Positions 16,384 through 24,496 are shown, counted from the first letter of the stretch. The stretch: 38,578 nt of DNA from Minisyncoccota bacterium (GCA_022843645.1 JALHNF010000001.1:1-38578), one strand, 5' to 3'. A program made the numbers and translations. Notes: generated by a model not told the origin, from the sequence alone.

Positions 16384-16947
16384 CTATTTCTTAATCGCGC
16401 CCAACTCTTTTTTAAGCTCAGAAAGCAATATTTCGATTTTCGCAATTCTTTCTTGCTGCTCACTGTCTATCTTTTGTTCACGGGCGATTTCTGAGTCTGT
16501 ACTTTCTTCAAGCTCTGCCACGTCTTCTTGAATTTCCTCTACGTCCGCGCTAATTTCCTGAACATTCTTTTCAATGCCTTCTACGTCAACGCTAATCTCT
16601 TCAATGTCTTCCGAAATTTCCTCGACATCTTTTTGCATTTCTTCTACGTCTTCTCCAATATCTTCAACCTCCTCTTGAATATCTTCAAGCTCTCCTTCTA
16701 CAGCTTCAAGTTGGGCCGTATTTCTGTTGATAGACATTTGAATAAAAAGCGCTAAGTAAATAGCCTCAAGTGAAACCGCTGTTGTCAGAATGAGAAGTGC
16801 TTTTTCAAGTGGAAAACCGAAAAGAGGAAGCGAAAGTACTGCTGCAAAAACTATTGTATGCAAAATTAGAGAAAGCGGTGAGCCAATCCAAAGAGTTGCC
16901 CGTTCGGCAAAAGAATCTATCTTTCTCGACATCTTTTTCTCTTTCAT
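16384..16947 (-). CDS. DUF1003-like membrane protein with acidic heptad-repeat tail
   Basis: The N-terminal half (FAERATLWIGSPLSLILHTIVFAAV...AVSLEAIYLALFIQMSINR) resembles the DUF1003 two-TM core. The C-terminal half is E/D-rich heptads. Confidence 0.65.
   Translation of the reverse strand: MKEKKMSRKIDSFAERATLWIGSPLSLILHTIVFAAVLSLPLFGFPLEKALLILTTAVSLEAIYLALFIQMSINRNTAQLEAVEGELEDIQEEVEDIGEDVEEMQKDVEEISEDIEEISVDVEGIEKNVQEISADVEEIQEDVAELEESTDSEIAREQKIDSEQQERIAKIEILLSELKKELGAIKK
16498..16707 (-). repeat. about 10 tandem 21-bp (7-aa) coding repeats, consensus E-E-I-x-x-D-V
   Basis: EDIQEEV EDIGEDV EEMQKDV EEISEDI EEISVDV EGIEKNV QEISADV EEIQEDV flanked by degenerate units. A recurring ctacgtc...aat(a/t)tc periodicity is visible in the DNA. 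Confidence 0.8.
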
Positions 16948-16954
16948 ACACTGT

Positions 16955-16963
16955 AATATATCA
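16955..16963 (-). promoter_or_regulatory. extended -10 (TGaTATATT) 7 nt upstream of ATG 16947 (leaderless-type)
   Basis: The minus strand reads ccaTGaTATATTacagtgtATG. Confidence 0.45.
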
Positions 16964-16974
16964 TGGTCTCCTCA

Positions 16975-17016
16975 TAAAAAATGAGAGGGCTCTGCATGTC
17001 ATACATGCAGAGCCCT
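16975..17016 (-). terminator. strong intrinsic terminator for the minus-strand gene 17025-17330
   Basis: Perfect 13-bp stem AGGGCTCTGCATG / CATGCAGAGCCCT (16986-16998 / 17004-17016) with a 5-nt loop. On the minus strand it is followed by CTCATTTTTTAT. Confidence 0.85.
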
Positions 17017-17024
17017 TGGTTGCT

Positions 17025-17330
17025 TCACGTGTTCCACCAGCTTGTTGAAGAGAGTGTCGTGGGTTTTGTGCTTTCTTGCGGCGACTTTCGAGCACCTTCC
17101 TGGCGCTCTGCTGCAAGTTTGTCGGCGGCTGCTTTGGCCGGAAGCTGCTCAACTGCACACTGACGTTCGCGGACAATAACGAGGACATCAACACCTTTCG
17201 CCTTAGCTGCTTTCTTGAGCTCAGTGCGTCGGGCCGCTTGATTTTCGCGCTTGCGGAAACTGGCCCGTGCCTGGCCTCGGTGCGGCCTACGACGCCGAGC
17301 AGGATCGTAGGCGTTTTGGAATTGATTCAT
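17025..17330 (-). CDS. small, highly basic, low-complexity orphan protein (high G+C)
   Basis: The ATG is preceded by AAGGAGG (17335-17341) with a 4-nt gap. The gene has its own promoter and terminator. 101 aa rich in R/K/A (PARRRRPHRGQARASFRKRENQAARRTELKKAAKAKG). Sampled lines are 62-67% G+C. Confidence 0.6.
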   Translation of the reverse strand: MNQFQNAYDPARRRRPHRGQARASFRKRENQAARRTELKKAAKAKGVDVLVIVRERQCAVEQLPAKAAADKLAAERQEGARKSPQESTKPTTLSSTSWWNT

Positions 17331-17350
17331 TGAACCTCCTTTTGGTTTTA

Positions 17351-17376
17351 TTAGTTAAGCGACATTGCTCAACTAA
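17351..17376. promoter_or_regulatory. 26-bp near-perfect palindrome (operator or leader hairpin)
   Basis: TTAGTTAAGC-gacatt-GCTCAACTAA has 10-nt arms complementary at 9/10 positions. The tenth position pairs as G-U in the minus-strand RNA. It lies between the -10 box and the SD of the small basic protein gene. Confidence 0.5.
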
Positions 17377-17384
17377 CATTGTGC

Positions 17385-17413
17385 AAGATAACAATACATT
17401 CAGATATAGTCAA
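17385..17413 (-). promoter_or_regulatory. sigma70-type promoter TTGACT-17-TATCTT
   Basis: The minus strand reads TTGACTatatctgaatgtattgtTATCTT. It would give a ~45-nt leader to ATG 17330. Confidence 0.5.
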
Positions 17414-17433
17414 CTTTGAGTGTTGCATATCTT

Positions 17434-17442
17434 TGATACACT
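17434..17442 (+). promoter_or_regulatory. extended -10 (TGaTACACT) 7 nt upstream of ATG 17450 (leaderless-type)
   Basis: TGA TACACT at 17434-17442, then attttat, then ATG. Confidence 0.4.
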
Positions 17443-17449
17443 ATTTTAT

Positions 17450-20400
17450 ATGGCTCGTGCGCAAAAAACACAAAACATAAAGAAAATATCTCCTCTTAAA
17501 AAAAGTGATGTAAAAAAAGCACCGATGATCACCACCTATGATCCAAAGAAGATAGAGTCAGCGATTCAGAAAAAGTGGGAGAAAGAAAAACCATTTAAAG
17601 CGTTTTCAAGTGCAAAGACAAAAAAGAAGCCATTTTATGCACTTTCGATGATTCCATACCCCTCTGGCACAGGGCTCCACATTGGCCATCCACGAAGCTA
17701 CACCGCAACCGACATTGTCGCTCGACAAAAGCGTATGGAGGGCTTCAATGTTTTAAATCCCATGGGATATGACGCGTTTGGGCTTCCGGCAGAGCAGTTT
17801 GCGATACAAAACAAAGTTCATCCTAAGAAGGCCGTTGCTATGAACGTAGCAACATTCGAACGCCAACTCAAAAAGCTTGGTTTATCTTTCGATTGGGATA
17901 GAAAAATAAATACCACTGACCCTGAGTACTACAAATGGACACAGTGGATATTTTTGAAGCTATATAACTCCTACTACGACACCAAAAAACAAAAAGCCAC
18001 TTCAATAGAATCTCTCATTTCAATATTTGAAAAAAGGGGCAATAAAGATGTTTCTGCATACGCAAGTGGGGAAGTACAGGAATTTTCAAAACAAGAATGG
18101 CTTCAAATGACTCCTCTGCAGAAACAAGAAACATTAATGCGCTACCGTCTTGCGTATGAAGGAATTGCAGAGGTGAACTGGTGCGAAGAGCTTGGCACCG
18201 TGCTCGCAAACGATGAAGTGGTTGATGGAAAAGACGGTCCTGTATCTGAGCGCGGCGGCTATCCAGTTACAAAAAAGAATATTCGCCAATGGTTTTTGCG
18301 TATTACCGCATATGCTGACAGACTTTTGTCTGGATTAAATGAAATAGAGTGGCCAGAACACATTAAAGAAATAGAGAAAAATTGGATTGGGAGAAGTGAA
18401 GGCGCAGAGATATCGTTTAAGCTTGACATCCCAGGCCAGTCTGAAAACAAGCATTCCGTAAAAGTTTTTACTACACGGGCAGATACACTATTTGGAGTGA
18501 CATTCATTGCCATATCTCCTGAGCTTGCACAAAGTTGGATTGATGCAGGATGGAGTCCTGATGTAAGTGTTGCTAGATATACCAAACAAACAATACAAGA
18601 ACATCAAAAAGCCACCTTTGACGCCACACAAAAGAAAACAGGTGTATATACGGGCGTCTACGCAAAGCATCCAGGCACAGGAGAAAATATTCCGGTATGG
18701 GTCACAAATTATGTATTGCCAGGATATGGCACGGGAGCCATTATGGGTGTACCTGCACACGATGAGCGAGATTTCGAATTCGCAAAAGAATACGGTCTGC
18801 CAATAAAAAATGTCATTGACCCTGTATATATACGGCCAGACGTGATTGCGCGCACTGACTTTACTAAAAAACACAAAGTGGTGAGCTTAGTCGAGGCTCC
18901 AGATGGGAAAATACTAACAATGAATTGGGGTCCAAAGCTCGGAGGCAGGCTTCTTCTTGGAGGAACTATTGAAAAAGGCGAAACACCTGAGCAAACCGCG
19001 CTGCGAGAGCTCAAAGAAGAAACAGGGTATGTACATGGAGACATTGTCTCAGTGAGTGAAGAAACATTTGACTACAAATACTTTGCAACATCGAAGAACG
19101 TGGCATATCAGGCGCTCACCCGCTTTGTCCACATCAAACTTCGTGATCTTGAAAAAGAAGAGGCTTCGCTTGAAGAAAATGAGAAGGGTTTATTTAAAGT
19201 GGAATGGGTAAGTAAGGAGCATGCGAAAAAAGAAATTGTCGAGGTTCTTCATTTGTACGCTCTTGATCTATATGCATTTCAAACTCCATTTTGTGGCGAG
19301 GGTGTTATTGCCCGCTCAGGTGAGTTCTCGGGGCTTTCATCATTAGATGCTCGGAAAGTAATTGCAGAAGCCGTGGGTGGCACACTCGTCACTCGGTACA
19401 AAATGCGAGACGCTATTTTTGCTCGACAAAGATACTGGGGAGAACCTGTGCCACTCTACAAGGACGCGCAAGCCATCATTCATGAAGTGAAAAAGTTGCC
19501 ACTTACACTTCCAAATACCGCCTCGTATGAACCAACTGGTACAGGCGAGGGTCCGCTTGCAAATATCCCTGCTTGGAAAAAAGGTGGGTATGAAACAAAT
19601 ACAATGCCAGGATGGGCAGGCTCAAGCTGGTACTATCTGCGGTACATGGATGCGGCGAATAAGAAAAAGTTCGCAGACGAAAAAGAAATTCGTTATTGGA
19701 AACATGTCGACATATATCTCGGGGGAGGAGAACATGCCACAGGGCACCTTCTCTATGCAAGGTTTTGGCATAAGTTTCTCAAAGATTACGGGCTTGTGCA
19801 TACTGAAGAGCCGTTCAAAAAATTTGTTGCTCACGGCATGATCCTTGCAAGTGATGGTAGAAAAATGAGTAAGCGGTGGGGAAACGTAGTCAATCCTGAT
19901 GACGTGATAAATATCTACGGCGCAGACACAGCACGTCTCTATATTGCCTTCATGGGTCCATACACAGAAGCTATACCGTGGTCCGAAGAGAGTATCGTTG
20001 GGTCTCGCCGTTTCATTGAACGCCTTTATAAAAAAGGACTCAGAGTGAATGCAGAAAATACTACAAAGACGGATCTAAGCGCCCTCAAGGCGATACACAA
20101 ACTTATTCAAAAAGTTTCACTTGATATTGCATCATGTAGCTTTAACACTGCTGTTGCCAAAGCCATGGAAACAATGAATATCCTCGAGTCTGCATCGATA
20201 AGCAAAAAAGACTTCTCAGTTTTTCTACAAGTACTGTACCCTTTTGTGCCTCATGTGACCGAGTACCTGTGGTCACAGTGGAACAAAGAGCCTATTCACA
20301 CATCAAAATGGCCTCGTGCGGACAAAAAATACACGAGAGAAGAGAATGTCACTATTGGCGTTCAAATAAACGGAAAGTTGCGAGGCAATATCACTATTCC

Positions 20401-20536
20401 GTTTAATTCGAGTGAAGATAGTGCCAAAAAACACGCCCTAGAAGAAGAAAATGTGCGTAAATATATCGAGGGAAAGACTATTTTGAAGGTTATTTACGTA
20501 CAAAATAGGATTGTAAACATCGTTATAAAGCCTTAA
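17450..20536 (+). CDS. leuS: leucine--tRNA ligase with an embedded Nudix-hydrolase-like domain
   Basis: HIGH (GLHIGHPRSY) and KMSKS-type (RKMSKRWGN) motifs. CP1 editing motifs TTRADTLFGV and GTGAIMGVPAHDERDFEFA, plus RQRYWGEPVP. The Bacteroidetes-like insertion LYNSYYDTKK...RYRLAY is present. Start uncertain: ATG 17450 (promoter geometry), ATG 17525 (canonical MITTYDPKKIE N-terminus) or the track GTG 17420. Confidence 0.9.
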   Translation: MARAQKTQNIKKISPLKKSDVKKAPMITTYDPKKIESAIQKKWEKEKPFKAFSSAKTKKKPFYALSMIPYPSGTGLHIGHPRSYTATDIVARQKRMEGFNVLNPMGYDAFGLPAEQFAIQNKVHPKKAVAMNVATFERQLKKLGLSFDWDRKINTTDPEYYKWTQWIFLKLYNSYYDTKKQKATSIESLISIFEKRGNKDVSAYASGEVQEFSKQEWLQMTPLQKQETLMRYRLAYEGIAEVNWCEELGTVLANDEVVDGKDGPVSERGGYPVTKKNIRQWFLRITAYADRLLSGLNEIEWPEHIKEIEKNWIGRSEGAEISFKLDIPGQSENKHSVKVFTTRADTLFGVTFIAISPELAQSWIDAGWSPDVSVARYTKQTIQEHQKATFDATQKKTGVYTGVYAKHPGTGENIPVWVTNYVLPGYGTGAIMGVPAHDERDFEFAKEYGLPIKNVIDPVYIRPDVIARTDFTKKHKVVSLVEAPDGKILTMNWGPKLGGRLLLGGTIEKGETPEQTALRELKEETGYVHGDIVSVSEETFDYKYFATSKNVAYQALTRFVHIKLRDLEKEEASLEENEKGLFKVEWVSKEHAKKEIVEVLHLYALDLYAFQTPFCGEGVIARSGEFSGLSSLDARKVIAEAVGGTLVTRYKMRDAIFARQRYWGEPVPLYKDAQAIIHEVKKLPLTLPNTASYEPTGTGEGPLANIPAWKKGGYETNTMPGWAGSSWYYLRYMDAANKKKFADEKEIRYWKHVDIYLGGGEHATGHLLYARFWHKFLKDYGLVHTEEPFKKFVAHGMILASDGRKMSKRWGNVVNPDDVINIYGADTARLYIAFMGPYTEAIPWSEESIVGSRRFIERLYKKGLRVNAENTTKTDLSALKAIHKLIQKVSLDIASCSFNTAVAKAMETMNILESASISKKDFSVFLQVLYPFVPHVTEYLWSQWNKEPIHTSKWPRADKKYTREENVTIGVQINGKLRGNITIPFNSSEDSAKKHALEEENVRKYIEGKTILKVIYVQNRIVNIVIKP

Positions 20537-20548
20537 TTCACTAGGTAT

Positions 20549-20577
20549 TTGACAAATTTACCTATATATCATAATAT
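20549..20577 (+). promoter_or_regulatory. sigma70-type promoter TTGACA-17-TAATAT
   Basis: TTGACA 20549-20554, a 17-nt spacer, TAATAT 20572-20577. The leader to ATG 20604 is about 20 nt, without an SD. Confidence 0.55.
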
Positions 20578-20603
20578 ACTTATTAATTGTCCTATTGAAG
20601 TTT

Positions 20604-21635
20604 ATGTCTACACTATCATTTAAACCAAAACAAGTTACCAAAAAGCTCCTCTCGCCACTATCTGGCCGAGCAAAAGATGTGGTTACTAATCGTTTTGGTA
20701 TTACAGAAGGCGCAGAACGAAAAACACTTGAAGCAATCGGAAAACAATACGGTATTACTCGAGAACGAGTTCGACAAATTGAGCAATTTGCTCTTTCAAC
20801 GATCAAAAAATCTGACGCGTACAATGAGTTTAAACATATCTCAGACGAGCTCAAAGGCATCATTCAAAAACTGGGTGGCATTGTTGCAGAACATGATTTC
20901 CTTGCGCATGTTTCAAAAGATCCAGAAGCCCAAAACCATATTCATTTCTACCTCACACTTGGGGACGATTTCAAAAAACATAAAGAGGACGATCATTTTC
21001 ATCATCGATGGACTATTGATCAAAAACTTACTGATGTTGTCCACGATGCACTAAGTAGTCTTTACAAAAGCCTCGACGACGAGGAGCTTGTAAGTGAAAC
21101 TCACATTGTCAACACATTCACTGAGAAACTAAAAGACTTAGCAGATGAATACCGAAACGAAGAGATTGTTCGCCGCTATCTTAAGATCTCAAAATCAATC
21201 GGTCGAAACGCACTTGGTGAATGGGGAAAATCTTCATCTCCACACATTCATACACGAGGCATCAAAGACTACGCATACCTTGTTATGCGAAAGTTCGGTT
21301 CTCCAATGCACTTCAAAGAAGTGGCAAGAGACATATCAAAATACTTCGGTAAAAAAGCTCACGTTGCAACAACGCACAATGAACTTATTAAAGACGCTCG
21401 TTTTGTGCTTGTTGGACGAGGTGTGTACGGACTTCGAGAGTGGGGACATGTTGGTGGTGTAGTACGAGACGTCATTGCAGACGTATTACGAGAAGCAAAA
21501 AAACCTCTCAGTAAAGAAGATGTTGTGGATGCGGTTCTTAAAAAGCGTGTGGTCAAAGCAAATACAGTTATCGTGAACCTCCAGAACACAGAATTCTTCA
21601 AGAAAAACAAAGACGGTTTATACGAGCTCGTATAA
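20604..21635 (+). CDS. DNA-binding protein with sigma-70 region 4 HTH (N-terminal) and HARE-HTH-like domain (C-terminal)
   Basis: LSGRAKDVVTNRFGI...RKTLEAIGKQYGITRERVRQIEQFALSTIKK matches sigma70 region 4. MHFKEVARDIS...LVGRGVYGLREWG resembles HARE-HTH. No sigma regions 2 or 3 are present. Confidence 0.7.
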   Translation: MSTLSFKPKQVTKKLLSPLSGRAKDVVTNRFGITEGAERKTLEAIGKQYGITRERVRQIEQFALSTIKKSDAYNEFKHISDELKGIIQKLGGIVAEHDFLAHVSKDPEAQNHIHFYLTLGDDFKKHKEDDHFHHRWTIDQKLTDVVHDALSSLYKSLDDEELVSETHIVNTFTEKLKDLADEYRNEEIVRRYLKISKSIGRNALGEWGKSSSPHIHTRGIKDYAYLVMRKFGSPMHFKEVARDISKYFGKKAHVATTHNELIKDARFVLVGRGVYGLREWGHVGGVVRDVIADVLREAKKPLSKEDVVDAVLKKRVVKANTVIVNLQNTEFFKKNKDGLYELV

Positions 21636-21649
21636 TAAAAGTAAAAATT

Positions 21650-21658
21650 TGGTATAAT
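21650..21658 (+). promoter_or_regulatory. extended -10 (TGgTATAAT) 6 nt upstream of ATG 21665 (leaderless-type)
   Basis: A consensus TATAAT at 21653-21658 preceded by TGG, then agtgtg, then ATG. Confidence 0.55.
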
Positions 21659-21664
21659 AGTGTG

Positions 21665-22990
21665 ATGAGTTACTTCGGTGACATTATCACGCTATTATTT
21701 TTTGTTGCCATTACATCACTTCTTGGTATTGTGTGGTGGAGACAGTGGGTGCGACATGTGCAAGCGCAGTTTTTAAACTCTATTAAGTGGATAGTGCTTG
21801 AAATACGTCTTCCGCGAGATGTTTTTAAATCACCACTTGCAATGGAAATGGTATTAAATTCAATTCACCAGGGAGGTGGTACAGGTAACAATTATGCCAA
21901 ATTTTGGGATGGAAAAGTTCGTAATTGGTTTTCTTTAGAAATCGCCTCAATTGAGGGGGACGTGCGTTTTTATATCCGCACCAACAGTAAGTTCAAAAAT
22001 GCAATTGAAGCAGCATTGTATTCTCAATATCCTGATGCAGAGGTAACAGAAGTAGAAGACTATACAAACTACACGAGATTTGACGATGCAATTCATGATG
22101 TCTGGGGTGCAGAGTTTAGTCTCAAAGGACAAGACTTTTTGCCAATACGAACATATGTTGACTTTGCCTTAAATAAAGATCCGAAAGAAGAGTATAAAGT
22201 TGACCCTATTGCGCCTATCATCGAGTGGATGGGGAGTATTAAAAAAGGTGAGCAGGTTTGGTTTCAGATAATCACACGAGCTGTTGACGGAAAATTTGAA
22301 AACTGGAAAAAAGAAGGCGAAGAGGCGTTGGAAAAAATATACTACGGAGTAAAATTTACTGATGACTTAAAAGCAAAGAAGGCTGAAGCTGAAGCGTCGG
22401 GCAAAAAACTTGAGAAAAGAAAACCCGGAGATCTAAGCGAGATAGAGAAAATCCAAGCTGAGGCAATTAGCCGTAATCTAAGTAAACTTGGTTTTGAATG
22501 CGGAATTCGTGTAGTTTATATTGCCAAAAAGGAAAACTTTGATGGCAAGAATATAGATGCGCTTACGGGTTGTTTACGGCAGTTCAACTCACCACTTCTA
22601 AATTCTTTCGCTCCAATTGGGGATACAATGCCTTCTTTTGACTATCCGTGGCAAGACAGAACGGGGAAAAAGAAGCTAGGGCGCAAAGAGGGAATTGTAG
22701 ATAGCTTCATCAAGCGCAAACTATTCTATAAGGCTCATAGCAACGAAGACTGGTACAATGGTATTCCTGAAAACATATTCCATGACATAAAAGAGGCCTT
22801 CGTGATACGTTTTTTTGCAGTCGACCCAGATCATGTTAATTACAAAGGATCAAAAGACGAGAATCGTTTCATCTTGAATGCTGAAGAGCTCGCAACGATC
22901 TATCACTTCCCAGGACAAGTAGCCGCATCTCCATCACTCAAACGTATTACCTCTACAAAAGCAGAGCCACCAGTAAATTTGCCACTATAA
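21665..22990 (+). CDS. hypothetical N-terminally anchored membrane protein
   Basis: TM segment IITLLFFVAITSLLGIVWW followed by a 400-aa soluble region. No catalytic motif recognised. Confidence 0.6.
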   Translation: MSYFGDIITLLFFVAITSLLGIVWWRQWVRHVQAQFLNSIKWIVLEIRLPRDVFKSPLAMEMVLNSIHQGGGTGNNYAKFWDGKVRNWFSLEIASIEGDVRFYIRTNSKFKNAIEAALYSQYPDAEVTEVEDYTNYTRFDDAIHDVWGAEFSLKGQDFLPIRTYVDFALNKDPKEEYKVDPIAPIIEWMGSIKKGEQVWFQIITRAVDGKFENWKKEGEEALEKIYYGVKFTDDLKAKKAEAEASGKKLEKRKPGDLSEIEKIQAEAISRNLSKLGFECGIRVVYIAKKENFDGKNIDALTGCLRQFNSPLLNSFAPIGDTMPSFDYPWQDRTGKKKLGRKEGIVDSFIKRKLFYKAHSNEDWYNGIPENIFHDIKEAFVIRFFAVDPDHVNYKGSKDENRFILNAEELATIYHFPGQVAASPSLKRITSTKAEPPVNLPL

Positions 22991-22996
22991 CATCGT

Positions 22997-23908
22997 ATGA
23001 AAAAAATCTACTGGGCCATTGGCCTCGTCCTCTTTCTTGTTTTCTATATTCACAGTACTCCTTTACGGTGTGAAACCGTCTCAGTCACAGTACTCCCAAA
23101 TGATTCTATCCACGACGTGGCAACAAGTCTTGATGACCAAAAATGTCTACGTTCAAAAACACTTTTTGAAAAATATGGTGTTCTCTTTGACGTACAGGTA
23201 TTGCAAGGCACATACAGTATTGAGGCCCCAAAAAGTTTTTTTGGCTACTTGTTTGCTTTCGAGGGCACACGATACAAAAAAGTTGTACGAATGACTATTC
23301 CTGAAGGTTCAACAAATAGAGAAATTTCCGCTCTCTGCGCAGAGCTTCTCCCTGCGTGCGACTCAAAGAAGTTCTTAGAGCTTGCGAAAGATAAAGAGGG
23401 ATTTTTATTTCCAAACACATACAATTTTATTGGCACAGAAACAGCAAGCGTAGTTATTGAGAGGCTTCATAAAGAATTTCAAGAAAAGACGGCGTCAATC
23501 TTTCAAGATCTATCTACGGCAGAGCAAAACGACATCGTCATTCTTGCCTCTATACTTGAAAAAGAGGCAAATACAAAAGAGGATATGCATATCATTGCCG
23601 GTATTTTAGAGAGACGACTCGCTATTGGTATGCCACTTCAAGTAGACGCGACTCTTTTTTATGAAAGAAGGAAGACCTCGGCACAACTAAGTACGAGGGA
23701 TCTACAAACAGACTCTCCATTCAACACGTACACAAATATCGGCCTTCCACCACACCCAATTGGTAACCCTGGAATTGTAGCAATACAAGCGGTATTAGAA
23801 GCGCAAAAGACACCTTACCTGTTTTATCTCACAGGAAAAGATGGCAACATGTACTACGCACGTACACATGACGAGCATGTACAAAACAAGTTGCTTTACC
23901 TACGCTAA
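22997..23908 (+). CDS. mltG: endolytic murein transglycosylase MltG (YceG-like)
   Basis: FLFPNTYNF, ILASILEKEA, PLQVDATLFY, SPFNTYTNIGLPPHPIGNPG and YLFYLTGKDGNMYYARTHDEH. Confidence 0.85.
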   Translation: MKKIYWAIGLVLFLVFYIHSTPLRCETVSVTVLPNDSIHDVATSLDDQKCLRSKTLFEKYGVLFDVQVLQGTYSIEAPKSFFGYLFAFEGTRYKKVVRMTIPEGSTNREISALCAELLPACDSKKFLELAKDKEGFLFPNTYNFIGTETASVVIERLHKEFQEKTASIFQDLSTAEQNDIVILASILEKEANTKEDMHIIAGILERRLAIGMPLQVDATLFYERRKTSAQLSTRDLQTDSPFNTYTNIGLPPHPIGNPGIVAIQAVLEAQKTPYLFYLTGKDGNMYYARTHDEHVQNKLLYLR

Positions 23909-23917
23909 CACTTTAGG

Positions 23918-23923
23918 TACAAT
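23918..23923 (+). promoter_or_regulatory. -10 box TACAAT 7 nt upstream of ATG 23931 (leaderless-type)
   Basis: TACAAT, then cacttaa, then ATG. No SD. Confidence 0.4.
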
Positions 23924-23930
23924 CACTTAA

Positions 23931-24482
23931 ATGAAAGCAGAAACTCTTGCGTTTATTGATGTAGAAACAACAGGTCTTGACCCAGAAAAACACGAGATCA
24001 TTCAGCTTGCATGCGTCCTTGCAAAACAAACACCTCGTACTGGCAAAGGGCCTGAGATTTCTCTCCTTGAAGAGTTTGAATTGAAAATTGCGCCAACAAG
24101 ACTACATGATGCTGAGCCCGAGGCGTTGCGAATAAATGGTTTCAATGAAATGGAATGGATGTTTGCTATAGATTTGAAAAATGCAATGGAGCACTTTGCA
24201 AAGAAAGCAAAGGGTGCGGTCATGGTGGCGCACAATCTGACATTTGACGACGCGTTTATTCAAAAAGCATTCAAATCAACAGGTGTTGAAAACACGCTCT
24301 ACTTTCAAAAGCTCGACACGCTCTCGATTGCGTTTGCACAGCACTACAACAGAGGAGATATTGATAAGTACTCTTTACGGTATTTATGCGAAGTCTACGG
24401 AGTCAAAAATGAGCGGGCGCACACAGCACTCGCAGACACAAAAGCCCTTTTTGAGGTGTACAAAAAAATGATGGGAGCATAG
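23931..24482 (+). CDS. DEDDh 3'-5' exonuclease (DnaQ/epsilon-like)
   Basis: Exo I FIDVETTGL, Exo II VAHNLTFDDAFI, Exo III HTALADTKALFEVY. Confidence 0.8.
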   Translation: MKAETLAFIDVETTGLDPEKHEIIQLACVLAKQTPRTGKGPEISLLEEFELKIAPTRLHDAEPEALRINGFNEMEWMFAIDLKNAMEHFAKKAKGAVMVAHNLTFDDAFIQKAFKSTGVENTLYFQKLDTLSIAFAQHYNRGDIDKYSLRYLCEVYGVKNERAHTALADTKALFEVYKKMMGA

Positions 24483-24496
24483 CCTGAAAGAGGGTA

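Noticed and set aside
17076-17333. Plus-strand 85-aa ORF and other frames overlapping the G+C-rich segment.
   Set aside because: High G+C generates long ORFs in several frames. Only the minus-strand frame has promoter, SD, ATG and terminator in register.
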